The notes under the pieces are model-generated. The model did no database searches, was not told where the DNA came from, and saw only the letters and a list, made by a program, of their open reading frames with translations. Shown in pieces: positions 44,501-53,274 of a DNA stretch of 64,000 bases (positions are counted from its first letter, which is position 1; every line of letters begins with the position of its first letter). Origin of the DNA: Burkholderiales bacterium. Lineage in GTDB: Bacteria > Pseudomonadota > Gammaproteobacteria > Burkholderiales > Ga0077523. The position numbers and the translations under genes are program-made. Location: positions 53,674-117,673 of the forward strand of contig JALHMS010000017.1 in NCBI GenBank assembly GCA_022843925.1, given 5' to 3'.

Positions 44501-44615
44501 ACGCATCCACCGACAGCTGGCGTACGGCCGCGAGGCCGGCGACGAACAGGATGCAGGCGACCACCACCACGACGACGCGCTGCCGCAGTGCCCCACGAAT
44601 GACAGCCTCGATCAA
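41506..44615 (-). pseudogene. CusA/CzcA-family heavy-metal RND permease, frameshifted near 43121 (or assembly error)
   Basis: N-half 43110-44615 (DAFPDVT, MVDGSVVVVEN) and C-half 41506-43071 (RLRPVLMT, GSEVQRPLA) in different frames; junction reads CCC GC TAT CTC CTG AAG. Confidence 0.85.
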
Positions 44616-44693
44616 GCGCCTCTCCGACGTGATGGACTGCGAGTCCGGAGGATACCCCCCCGGGCAGGCCGCGTCGGATCGGCGTCATGGCAC

Positions 44694-45635
44694 TCAGTGG
44701 ATCACGACCCCCCAGGGCATCTCGCCTACCGCGACATCCTTCACCTTCCTGTTCGTCGCGGTGTCGATCACCGAGACGGAATTGGACCGGCCGTTCGCGA
44801 CATACAACTTGGCGCCGTCGGGAGTGATCGCCATGTTCCAGGGGCGCTTGCCCACCGGGATGGTCGCCAGCACGACGTTCGATGTCGTGTCGATGACGGA
44901 CACGGTGGCGTCCTTGCCGTTGGAGACGTACACGCGCTTGCCGTCGGGGTGCATCGTCACGCCGTTCGAGTAGTTCCCCGTCGCGATCTTGGCGACGACG
45001 GTCCGCGCGGCCCAGTCGATGGCGTAGGTCGTGTTGGCGAGTTCGCACGCCACATACAGCCGGCTGCCGTCCGGTGTGAACGCCATGCCGCGCGGTCGGC
45101 TGCCCACCTGCACCTGGGCCACCTGCTTCCGGGTGTTCACGTCCACGATGTCGATCTGATCGGCCTCTTCCGCGCTTGCCACCATCCAGCGGCTGTCCGG
45201 CGAGAAGATCGCGTGCTCCGGGTTTTTTCCCTTCACCTTGATCGAGAAGGTGCGCTTGCCGGTGGCGGTGTCCACGAACGCCACCGAGTTGCTGACCTCC
45301 ACGGCGGCGACGACATAGCGGCCGTCCGGGGAGATCGCGACGCCTTCGGGCGACTCGCCGAGGTCGATGAGTTCGACGACCTTGCCGGCGTCGAGGTCGA
45401 CCACGGCGAGTGCGTTCTTGGGTTGGTCGCTCACGTAGATCCGGCGGCCATCGGGACTCACCGCCAGGCCCCGCGGCTTGTCTCCGGCCGGCACCGTCCG
45501 CAAGACGGTGTCGGTCTCGGTGTCGATGATGCTGAGGGTGCCCGACTTCTCGTTCGGGACGTAGGCGAAGGGCGCGGCCACGACATGGGCCGCGAGGAAC
45601 AGTGCGCCGGCGAGCGTGCCTGCGAGGGTCTTCAT
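44694..45635 (-). CDS. Periplasmic YVTN beta-propeller (resembles PQQ-catabolism-associated family)
   Basis: Signal peptide; AYVPNEKSGTLSIID and repeated G..P.G.A.SPDG..YV.N blades. Confidence 0.88.
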   Translation of the reverse strand: MKTLAGTLAGALFLAAHVVAAPFAYVPNEKSGTLSIIDTETDTVLRTVPAGDKPRGLAVSPDGRRIYVSDQPKNALAVVDLDAGKVVELIDLGESPEGVAISPDGRYVVAAVEVSNSVAFVDTATGKRTFSIKVKGKNPEHAIFSPDSRWMVASAEEADQIDIVDVNTRKQVAQVQVGSRPRGMAFTPDGSRLYVACELANTTYAIDWAARTVVAKIATGNYSNGVTMHPDGKRVYVSNGKDATVSVIDTTSNVVLATIPVGKRPWNMAITPDGAKLYVANGRSNSVSVIDTATNRKVKDVAVGEMPWGVVIH

Positions 45636-45807
45636 GATCACGCGCAAGATCTCCCTGTGACGGGTGGGACTGGTTGGGATTGCAACACCGCGGGATTCGC
45701 GGACCTGCCGACGGGGCAACGCGTCGAGGCCGTCCCGGACGACGTCGTCCGTCGCGAGGGCGCCGAGTATCGCATGGGTCCCGCAGCGGGCCGGTCGCGC
45801 CGTGACG

Positions 45808-45821
45808 GGGAAAAACTCCCG
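45808..45821 (-). promoter_or_regulatory. Candidate response-regulator site, copy 1
   Basis: Minus strand CGGGAGTTTTTCCC in divergent propeller/kinase intergenic region. Confidence 0.5.
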
Positions 45822-45908
45822 GCCGGGTCGAGGGGAAACCGTCCTTGTGACCCCCCTGGCCTTTCGGTATAAAACCTGATGCCGTGGCGCTCGCGCCGCG
45901 TTCGACGG

Positions 45909-47267
45909 ATGCACGAAGTGGACGGAGCGAAATTGGAGACGACGATCGACGGGTGGTCCGGCCGGCGGATCGCCAGCGGAGCAGGGGCGTGGCGGGACCT
46001 CGTCTTGGTCTTTTCGGTCACGGTCATCACGTTTCTGCTCGCCGGACTCCTCGAGCTGTCCGAGGGCATCGGTGGCTGGCTCACCCCTTTCGAGCGATAC
46101 CAGCTCGACGAACTCCCCGCCGCGATCCTCGTGCTGGTGGCGGGCCTCGGGTGGTTCTCGTGGCGGCGCTCACGTCACGCCGCGAGCGAGATGGAACTGC
46201 GCTTGCAGGCGCAGCAGGAGCTGAACGAGCAGCAGGCCCACTATCGGGAGCTCTTTCACGAAGACCTCTCCGGGAACGTCCTGGCAACGATCGACGGTGT
46301 GATCGGGCTCGCGAACCCGGAGCTCGCGCGGATTCTGGGCTTCACCGATCCGAACGATGTCGTCGGGCGGTGCATCGGCGACTTCTATGCGGATCCCGAC
46401 CTCTGGCGTCGCCACCGCGACGCCCTGGCGCGCGGCGAGAGCATCGCTTCGTCCGGACTCCGGCTGCGGCGGGGGGATGCCGCCGAGGTTTCCGCCATCG
46501 CGCGTCTCTCGAGCCGGCGACGGTCGGGCGGTGGCGTCGAGATGCACGGGTTCTTCGCCGACGTCACGGACCTGGAGCTCGTCCGGACGGCGCTCGCGAA
46601 GGCGCTCGACGAGAACCGGCAGCTCGCGCAGCGCGGCATCGACATGCTCGAGGCCGAGCGCAAGCACATCGCCCGTGAACTGCACGACGAGATGGGCCAG
46701 TGGCTGAATGCGCTCAAGATCGATGCGGTGTCCATCCGGGACCGCCCGGACATGCCGGTCGAGGTCAAGACCACAGCCCAGGCCATCGTCGAGCTGACTA
46801 ATCATGTGTACGACGTCGCGCGCGAGCTCATGCGCCGCCTGCGCCCCGTGGCCCTCGACGAGCTGGGGGTCGTCTCGGCAGTGCAGTACTCCGTCGATCA
46901 GTGGCAGCGTCGCCACGCCGGTGTCGCATGCCGGTTTGAGGCGGACGAGTTCCCCGAGCACCTCGGCGAGGCTCTGAACATGACCTTGTACCGGATGGTT
47001 CAGGAGTGCCTGACGAACGTCACGAAGCATGCGGGAGCCTCCGAAGTCGTCATCCGTCTGAGGCACGATCCGGCCGTCGGAGAGGTGGCGGTGGAAGTGG
47101 CGGACAACGGCAGTGGATTCGACAGTCGGGAGCCCAAGGGCGGGCTCGGACTGGTGGGGCTGCGCGAGCGCATCGATGCGCTCGGTGGCCGTTTCTGGGT
47201 GGAGGGCGGTCCCGGTCACGGCACGCGCGTATGTGCGCGGGTGCCTGTGACCGACGCGGGAGCATGA
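45909..47267 (+). CDS. Membrane PAS sensor histidine kinase (HisKA_3 type)
   Basis: Two TMs, PAS, IARELHDEMGQ, QECLTNVTKHA, DNGSG, GLGLVGLRER; start approximate. Confidence 0.92.
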   Translation: MHEVDGAKLETTIDGWSGRRIASGAGAWRDLVLVFSVTVITFLLAGLLELSEGIGGWLTPFERYQLDELPAAILVLVAGLGWFSWRRSRHAASEMELRLQAQQELNEQQAHYRELFHEDLSGNVLATIDGVIGLANPELARILGFTDPNDVVGRCIGDFYADPDLWRRHRDALARGESIASSGLRLRRGDAAEVSAIARLSSRRRSGGGVEMHGFFADVTDLELVRTALAKALDENRQLAQRGIDMLEAERKHIARELHDEMGQWLNALKIDAVSIRDRPDMPVEVKTTAQAIVELTNHVYDVARELMRRLRPVALDELGVVSAVQYSVDQWQRRHAGVACRFEADEFPEHLGEALNMTLYRMVQECLTNVTKHAGASEVVIRLRHDPAVGEVAVEVADNGSGFDSREPKGGLGLVGLRERIDALGGRFWVEGGPGHGTRVCARVPVTDAGA

Positions 47268-47947
47268 GCATGGCCAACAAGACGAAAGTGCTGCTGGTGG
47301 ACGATCACGCGGTGGTGCGTGAGGGGTACCGACGCCTGCTGGAAGGCACGCCGGACATCGCGGTGGTCGCGGAGGCGCGCAACGGCGAGGAGGCCTACCG
47401 GTTCTTCTGCGATCACGCGCCGGATGTCGTGGTGATGGACATCACGCTCCCCGGCATCGGCGGAATCGAGGTGGCGCGCCGGATCCTCACTCGCGAGCCG
47501 ACGGCGAGGATTCTGATGTTCAGCATGCACGAGGACGTCGTGTTCTCGTCCCGCGCGTTGCAGACCGGCGCGCGTGGCTACGTCACCAAGGCGAGCGCTC
47601 CGGAAGTCCTGGTGGAGGCCGTGAGGCTCGTCGCAGCGGGCAAGCTCTTCATCAGCCACGACATGGCGCAGGAACTGGCGGTCCAGATGCTCCCGGGCCA
47701 CGAGAATCCGCTGCAAGGGCTGTCGCCGCGGGAGTTCGAGGTGTTCCGACTCCTCGTGGCCGGTCACGCGATCGGGGAGATCGCCAAGATCCTCTCGCTC
47801 TCGTACAAGACCGTCGCGAATCACCAGTGGAACATCCGCCAGAAGCTGGACGTCTCCAACACCGCCCAGGTGGTACGCATGGCCATGACGCACGGCCTGC
47901 TCTCGCCGGACCATCCCGCCGCGGAGACGGTCGCGAACGGCGGGTAG
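47264..47947 (+). CDS. NarL/LuxR-family response regulator 1
   Basis: LVDDHAVVREGYRRLLE, MDI, LSPREFEV...KTVAN; overlaps kinase stop. Confidence 0.94.
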   Translation: MSMANKTKVLLVDDHAVVREGYRRLLEGTPDIAVVAEARNGEEAYRFFCDHAPDVVVMDITLPGIGGIEVARRILTREPTARILMFSMHEDVVFSSRALQTGARGYVTKASAPEVLVEAVRLVAAGKLFISHDMAQELAVQMLPGHENPLQGLSPREFEVFRLLVAGHAIGEIAKILSLSYKTVANHQWNIRQKLDVSNTAQVVRMAMTHGLLSPDHPAAETVANGG

Positions 47948-48343
47948 TCGAGTAGCCGTCCGGACTTGGGATGGTCCGGCTGCATGGTCGGGTGTGCGAT
48001 CAATGTTTCGCGGCATTCTCAACACGTAGTCCCGATACGCTCGCCGAGATCGTCAAGCCCTGTCCTGGCGCTCCTGCAGTTTCGCTATGGACCGCTCGAG
48101 TCCGACAGGCTGTTGGTCAGGTCTCCGGTCCTGCGGTGTGCTCCGCATGATGCGGGCTTGAGGTGGGCGACGAGGATCTCGAGCCCCTAGCCCGCGTTTG
48201 GTGTGCCAGTTGCCCACGGCAAGTTCCGCCGTTGGGACCGGGTGGTATGGGGCTTGGTCTTCCCAATCGCCCATCGCATCCCGGATCTGTGCGCTCGACG
48301 CCGATTTCTCCGCGCCTTCCTGCTGAGGTACTCCTGGGGCATA

Positions 48344-48358
48344 CGGGAATATTTCCCT
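48344..48358 (+). promoter_or_regulatory. Candidate response-regulator site, copy 2
   Basis: CGGGAATATTTCCCT upstream of TonB receptor, followed by -10-like TAGCCT at 48382. Confidence 0.5.
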
Positions 48359-48539
48359 AACGTCGGGCGATGCCCGGCCACTAGCCTCCATGGGCGGATG
48401 ATCCGCGCATGAACGCGCGGGCACACGTGCCATCCGGTCGATGCAATTGGGGCAGCGAGACCTCGCCGACGACTCCTCCATGGGTCGCGACGATGCCCGG
48501 GACCGGGCGACTGAAAACAACAACGACATCGGCGCGTAG

Positions 48540-51269
48540 ATGGACCGGGATTCGAATGAGGAGACTCGCCCTCGGGGGATGGGGCGGGTGGCGGTTGAGC
48601 GACAACGGTGGTGGTCATGCATGACGGCGTACATCGCCGTCGGCGCATTCGCGGGTCCGACCGGCGTAATCGTGGCGCCCGTGGCAGCACAGACGCCGCC
48701 GCCCGCAGGTGGCAGCAGTGGCACCGGCCTGGTGGCACCGACGGTGCGGGTGACCGCGCCCCGCATCGTCACTCCGTTGCCTGGGATCGTGATCGAACGG
48801 GAACAGATGACCACCAACGTGCAGAGCGCTACTGCCAAGGATCTCGAGGACTCCCGATCCGTCAGCCTGACCGACTACATGAACACCAACATGCAGTCGG
48901 TGACGGTCAATGACTATCAGGGAAATCCGTTCCAGCAGGATCTCAGCTTCCGCGGCTTCTCGGCGTCGCCCCTGATCGGCACGCCTCAGGGCCTCTCCGT
49001 CTACGTGGACGGTGTCCGCGTCAACGAGCCGTTCGGAGAGGTGGTGAACTGGGACCTCATTCCCATGAACGCCATCCAGCGCATGGACCTGTTGCCAGGT
49101 TCGGACCCCTTGTTCGGCCTGAACACCCTGGGTGGCGCTCTCTCGATCGCGACCAAGTCCGGATTCTCCTCGCCGAGGGTCGAGGGAAGTGTCCTGACGG
49201 GGAGTTGGGGGCGCCGGCAGGTGAAGGCAACGGCCGGGGGTAACAACGGGACACTGGGGGGTTTCGTCGCCCTCAACTTCTTCGACGAGGATGGCTGGCG
49301 GAGGAACTCGCCGTCTTCGGTGCGGCAGGCCTACGGGCGCCTGGATCTCCAGGGGGCGATCGGCAAGGCGACGCTGTCCGGGATGCATGCCAGCAACTCT
49401 CTGGTGGGAAACGGCTTGGTCCCGTTCGAGCAGTTCAGGCAGGACCCCACCGCGATCTTCACGTCCCCTGACGAAACCGACAATCGGATGAACCACGTCA
49501 ACGGGACTGTCGAGCTCAACCTCACGGACAGGGTCACCCTCTCGGCGCAGACCTACTACCGGAAGGTGAACCAGAAGTCCATCAACGGCGACATCTGGGA
49601 AGACTTCCGGGCCGCGGCCGCGCGCCTCCGGATCGAATGCAACAACGGCCTCCCCAACGCGACCGCCGATGGTGCAGTCGGTGTGGACCTCCCGGGATGT
49701 GCCAACGTGCAGCCCAATGGCGTCTTCAATATCGGCCGGGCGAATCAGGTGGCCAACGGCATCTCGTGGCAGTTGAGTTCGCTGTCCGAGACCAACCAGC
49801 TGGTGGTCGGTGCCGCGCTGGACATGAACAGCGTGGATTTCCGTCAGGCCCAACAGCTCGGGTTCACCACGGACAACCGCGACATCGTGCTTCGGCCGGA
49901 AGCCTACGACGAACTGTTTCTGATTCCGCTGATTTCCGAGATCCAGCGGAACAATCTTTCTGGTGGCATGCAAAGCGGCAGTCTCTTCGTGAAGGACATC
50001 TGGTCGGTCCGGCCGAATCTGCATCTCAATGCCGGTGTGCGCTACACCAGATCCAGGGTCACCAGTTCGCTGATCTCCGACCGCCCGATTCCGCTCTATC
50101 AGTTCGACGAGCGGTTGTTTCTTCGACAGTTACCTCGCTGCGGTGCGGAGCGGGGTGACCCCTTCGCCCGCTTCTTCTGCAGCACCGGGAACTACCTCTA
50201 CGAAAGCGTGAACCCCTCGTTCGGTGCCTCCTGGCTCCCCAGCGAGGATCTCAACCTGTACGCGAACTGGAGCAAGGGCTCTCGCGTCCCCAGCACGATC
50301 GAACTCGGGTGCGCCCGGGACCGCGAGGCCGAGCGGCTCGCGGGCGGCGGTGCGACGAACCGGGGCAAATCGCCGGGGTGTTCGGTGCCGACGGCACTGT
50401 CGAGCGATCCGTTTCTCCCCCAGGTGTTCTCGTATACGACCGAGGTGGGTATCCGCGGGTCGATCACACCGCAGATCACCTGGAACGCGGCGCTTTACCA
50501 GACGAATCTGGCGAACGACATCATCTTCGTTTCCCTGGGCTCCCGGAATCGCGGGGTGTTCGACACCTTCGGAAAGACACGGCGGCGTGGCCTCGAACTC
50601 GGCATGGAGGGCGGTGTCGGCCAGCACTTCTTCCGGGCCTCGTATTCCCGGATCGATGCGACCTTCGAAAGCGAAGCGGAGGTCGTCAACCCTTCGAACA
50701 GCAGTTCGGACAAGACGTTGGGCCAAGTCAACACGTTCAGGATCCAACCTGGTGACCGGATTCCGGGAATTCCGCGGGATTCCCTTCGGCTCAACTGGCG
50801 ATACGACTGGACCGACCGCTTCAACTTCGGTCTGTCGATGATTGCCCATGCGTGGTCCTACGTGCGCGGTAACGAGAACAACGAGCACCAGCCCGTGGGC
50901 ACCGACTCGTCCGGCTCGCCAACCGTCGGGACCCTTGACCCGACGATCACGGTCGAGCCGGGGCGGCGATACGTCGGAGAGGGGAAGATTCCCGGCTACG
51001 CCATATTCCACCTGATGGCGAACTACGAGGCGACCAAGCAACTGAGCTTCGGTTTGCGCGTCGACAACGTCTTCGATCGTCGGTATGTCACGGCCGGCGG
51101 CCTAGCATTGAATTCCTTCACGCCGTCCGTTTGGGGCGCCCGCGACGCGGGAGGCTTCAACTACAACTCCAACGACTGGACCCACTCCACGTTCGTCGGG
51201 CCCGGTGCCCCGCGGGCGATGTGGGTGTCCATGACTTACGTATTCGACACCCCTGGGGGGCGGCAGTGA
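48540..51269 (+). CDS. TonB-dependent receptor
   Basis: TVRVTA TonB-box-like, plug RGF...VYVDGVRVN...LGGAL, C-terminal VDNVFD...GAPR; start may be 48579. Confidence 0.93.
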   Translation: MDRDSNEETRPRGMGRVAVERQRWWSCMTAYIAVGAFAGPTGVIVAPVAAQTPPPAGGSSGTGLVAPTVRVTAPRIVTPLPGIVIEREQMTTNVQSATAKDLEDSRSVSLTDYMNTNMQSVTVNDYQGNPFQQDLSFRGFSASPLIGTPQGLSVYVDGVRVNEPFGEVVNWDLIPMNAIQRMDLLPGSDPLFGLNTLGGALSIATKSGFSSPRVEGSVLTGSWGRRQVKATAGGNNGTLGGFVALNFFDEDGWRRNSPSSVRQAYGRLDLQGAIGKATLSGMHASNSLVGNGLVPFEQFRQDPTAIFTSPDETDNRMNHVNGTVELNLTDRVTLSAQTYYRKVNQKSINGDIWEDFRAAAARLRIECNNGLPNATADGAVGVDLPGCANVQPNGVFNIGRANQVANGISWQLSSLSETNQLVVGAALDMNSVDFRQAQQLGFTTDNRDIVLRPEAYDELFLIPLISEIQRNNLSGGMQSGSLFVKDIWSVRPNLHLNAGVRYTRSRVTSSLISDRPIPLYQFDERLFLRQLPRCGAERGDPFARFFCSTGNYLYESVNPSFGASWLPSEDLNLYANWSKGSRVPSTIELGCARDREAERLAGGGATNRGKSPGCSVPTALSSDPFLPQVFSYTTEVGIRGSITPQITWNAALYQTNLANDIIFVSLGSRNRGVFDTFGKTRRRGLELGMEGGVGQHFFRASYSRIDATFESEAEVVNPSNSSSDKTLGQVNTFRIQPGDRIPGIPRDSLRLNWRYDWTDRFNFGLSMIAHAWSYVRGNENNEHQPVGTDSSGSPTVGTLDPTITVEPGRRYVGEGKIPGYAIFHLMANYEATKQLSFGLRVDNVFDRRYVTAGGLALNSFTPSVWGARDAGGFNYNSNDWTHSTFVGPGAPRAMWVSMTYVFDTPGGRQ

Positions 51270-51346
51270 CGCTGCGCCACGGGGCTGTTCCGCTGTTGTA
51301 TCGCCCGATGCCACCGCATGCGGGTTTCTTTTCGATGGAGGCCTAA

Positions 51347-52195
51347 ATGAAGTTGAAACAACTCGTTGTAGCAGTCTCGATGTCTCTCGCGGCGGCGTCA
51401 GCCGTTGCCGGGGACTTCACACCATTGCCCACCGACGGTTCCCTGGTCATCGGGAGAACCAATCCGAACAGCGACAGGTTGTTCCTCGATGCGACGTCGA
51501 TCACCTTCCTCACGACCGATATCCCGTCGACGATCGCATACAACGCCATTGCTACCGCTGGTACATTGCCCCGTGCGATCACGGGTTCGGGAGTGCTGAC
51601 GCTCCTGGACCACATGGTGACGCTGGACATCGCGATTCCCGAGAGCCAGGGATCGAGCAGCACCGTGCAGATCGGTCATCTCTACGATTTCGTGTTCCGC
51701 GATTCTCGTGACGACGCCCTCGTGTTCGGCACGCGAGTGCGTCTGGGTGTCGCGCCCAATCAGATCGACGATGCGGAGCTGAACTTCCTCTACCGCTATG
51801 GGTTCCAGGACGGTTCGACCACCTACTCGACGGCTGCAGCCTGGCTCTTCACGAGCGACTTCGACCTTCGGATGTACAACGCGGGGATGACAAGCTCCAC
51901 CAGCCTGCTGGGTGCCACCCCCTACGATCCGAACACGGTGCGCATGCAGTCGGACGTCAATCTGTCCGAGGGGAACCCCTTCAGCGGGCTCTTCCTGGTC
52001 AAGACCGATGCCACCGCCTACACGATCGGCAACGCGATCGGTGTGTTCCAGGCTGGCGAGGAAGGGCAACCGCAGGTCGGGGCGAACTTCATGGGTTTCG
52101 TACCTGCGCCGATCCCGGAGCCTTCCACCTACGCGATGTTGCTCGGTGGGCTTGGGCTGCTCGGCGTGATGGCGAAGCGTCGTCGCGCGGTCTGA
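51347..52195 (+). CDS. PEP-CTERM surface protein 2
   Basis: GGAGG RBS; signal peptide; IPEPSTYAMLLGGLGLLG + KRRR. Confidence 0.92.
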   Translation: MKLKQLVVAVSMSLAAASAVAGDFTPLPTDGSLVIGRTNPNSDRLFLDATSITFLTTDIPSTIAYNAIATAGTLPRAITGSGVLTLLDHMVTLDIAIPESQGSSSTVQIGHLYDFVFRDSRDDALVFGTRVRLGVAPNQIDDAELNFLYRYGFQDGSTTYSTAAAWLFTSDFDLRMYNAGMTSSTSLLGATPYDPNTVRMQSDVNLSEGNPFSGLFLVKTDATAYTIGNAIGVFQAGEEGQPQVGANFMGFVPAPIPEPSTYAMLLGGLGLLGVMAKRRRAV

Positions 52196-52221
52196 TGTTC
52201 AGTTTGTGAGACCGCAGGGAT

Positions 52222-52271
52222 GCGGCCCGGAACGGTACCTTGGTGGTGCCGTTCCGGGCCGCTCAGCTTTT
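52222..52271 (+). terminator. Hairpin/terminator after PEP-CTERM gene 2
   Basis: GCGGCCCGGAACGGTACC-TTGGT-GGTGCCGTTCCGGGCCGC then TCAGCTTTT. Confidence 0.65.
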
Positions 52272-52350
52272 GCGGGTCATCACCTCGAAATATCCCCGGC
52301 CGTGTGCCCCTTCGAAGCGTACGTGCCGACTGCCAGCAAGCGAGCCCTGA

Positions 52351-53031
52351 ATGGCTGAACCTTCCCGTACCACGGTGTTGCTCGTGGACGACCATGCCGT
52401 CGTCCGAGAGGGCTATCGGCGTCTGTTGGAGCGCACGCAGGACCTCCAGGTGATCGCCGAGGCCAGCACCGGCGAGGAGGCCTATCGCCTGTTCTCGGAG
52501 TGCAGACCGCGCGTCGTCGTCATGGACATCAGTCTTCCGGGTATCGGCGGGATCGAAGCCGCGCGGCGCATCCTTGCCCGCGAGCCCGAAGCCCGGGTCC
52601 TGATGTTCAGCATGCACGAGGACGTCGTGTTCTCTTCGCGTGCGTTGCAGGCCGGTGCCCGCGGCTATGTCACCAAGTCGAGCGCCCCGGAAGTCCTGGT
52701 CGATGCGGTCCGCCTGGTGGCCGAGGGCAAGCTCTACATCAGTCACAAGATGGCGCAGGAACTGGCCGTCCAGATGATGCCCGGCGGCCAGCATCCGCTG
52801 AATGCCCTTTCGGCGCGTGAGTTCGAGGTCTTCCGCCTGCTCGTCGCGGGGCACGCGGTGGCTGAGATCGCGAAGATCCTGTCGCTCTCGTACAAGACCG
52901 TGGCGAACTACCAGTCGAGCATCCGCCAGAAGCTCGACGTGGCGACCGCCGCCCAGGTGGTCCGCATGGCCCTGTCGCACGGATTCCTGACCGGAGACAT
53001 TCCCGGTTCTGAGAGCGGCCAAACCCAGTGA
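52351..53031 (+). CDS. NarL/LuxR-family response regulator 2 (orphan paralog of 47264-47947)
   Basis: Same motifs as regulator 1 with long identical stretches. Confidence 0.94.
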   Translation: MAEPSRTTVLLVDDHAVVREGYRRLLERTQDLQVIAEASTGEEAYRLFSECRPRVVVMDISLPGIGGIEAARRILAREPEARVLMFSMHEDVVFSSRALQAGARGYVTKSSAPEVLVDAVRLVAEGKLYISHKMAQELAVQMMPGGQHPLNALSAREFEVFRLLVAGHAVAEIAKILSLSYKTVANYQSSIRQKLDVATAAQVVRMALSHGFLTGDIPGSESGQTQ

Positions 53032-53047
53032 TGCAGCTCGGGAGGAT

Positions 53048-53062
53048 CGGGAGTTTTTCCTG
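53048..53062 (+). promoter_or_regulatory. Candidate response-regulator site, copy 3
   Basis: CGGGAGTTTTTCCTG; 13 nt identical to copy 1. Confidence 0.5.
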
Positions 53063-53119
53063 CCCATGACCGAGTCGATGGCACCTGTGGCGGGGATGCC
53101 CGGCCCACTACATTACGTT

Positions 53120-53245
53120 CCGTAGCTTGCTTCACCGCGAAGACCCGGGGCGCCGAGTGACCGGCAGGCCTGATGCAGTACCTCCGGGTGTTCGTCACTC
53201 CTCTCTCTACCAGGGCCGGATCCGGAAAGATCCGGCCCTTTTTTT
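53120..53245 (+). ncRNA. Candidate small regulatory RNA
   Basis: -10-like TACATT at 53109; stem 53138-53150/53182-53194; CU-rich single-stranded tract; strong terminator; no credible ORF. Confidence 0.45.
53212..53245 (+). terminator. Strong intrinsic terminator
   Basis: AGGGCCGGATC-CGGAAA-GATCCGGCCCT followed by TTTTTT. Confidence 0.88.
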
Positions 53246-53274
53246 CGCGGGTGGCGATCCACGTGGTCGGTCAC

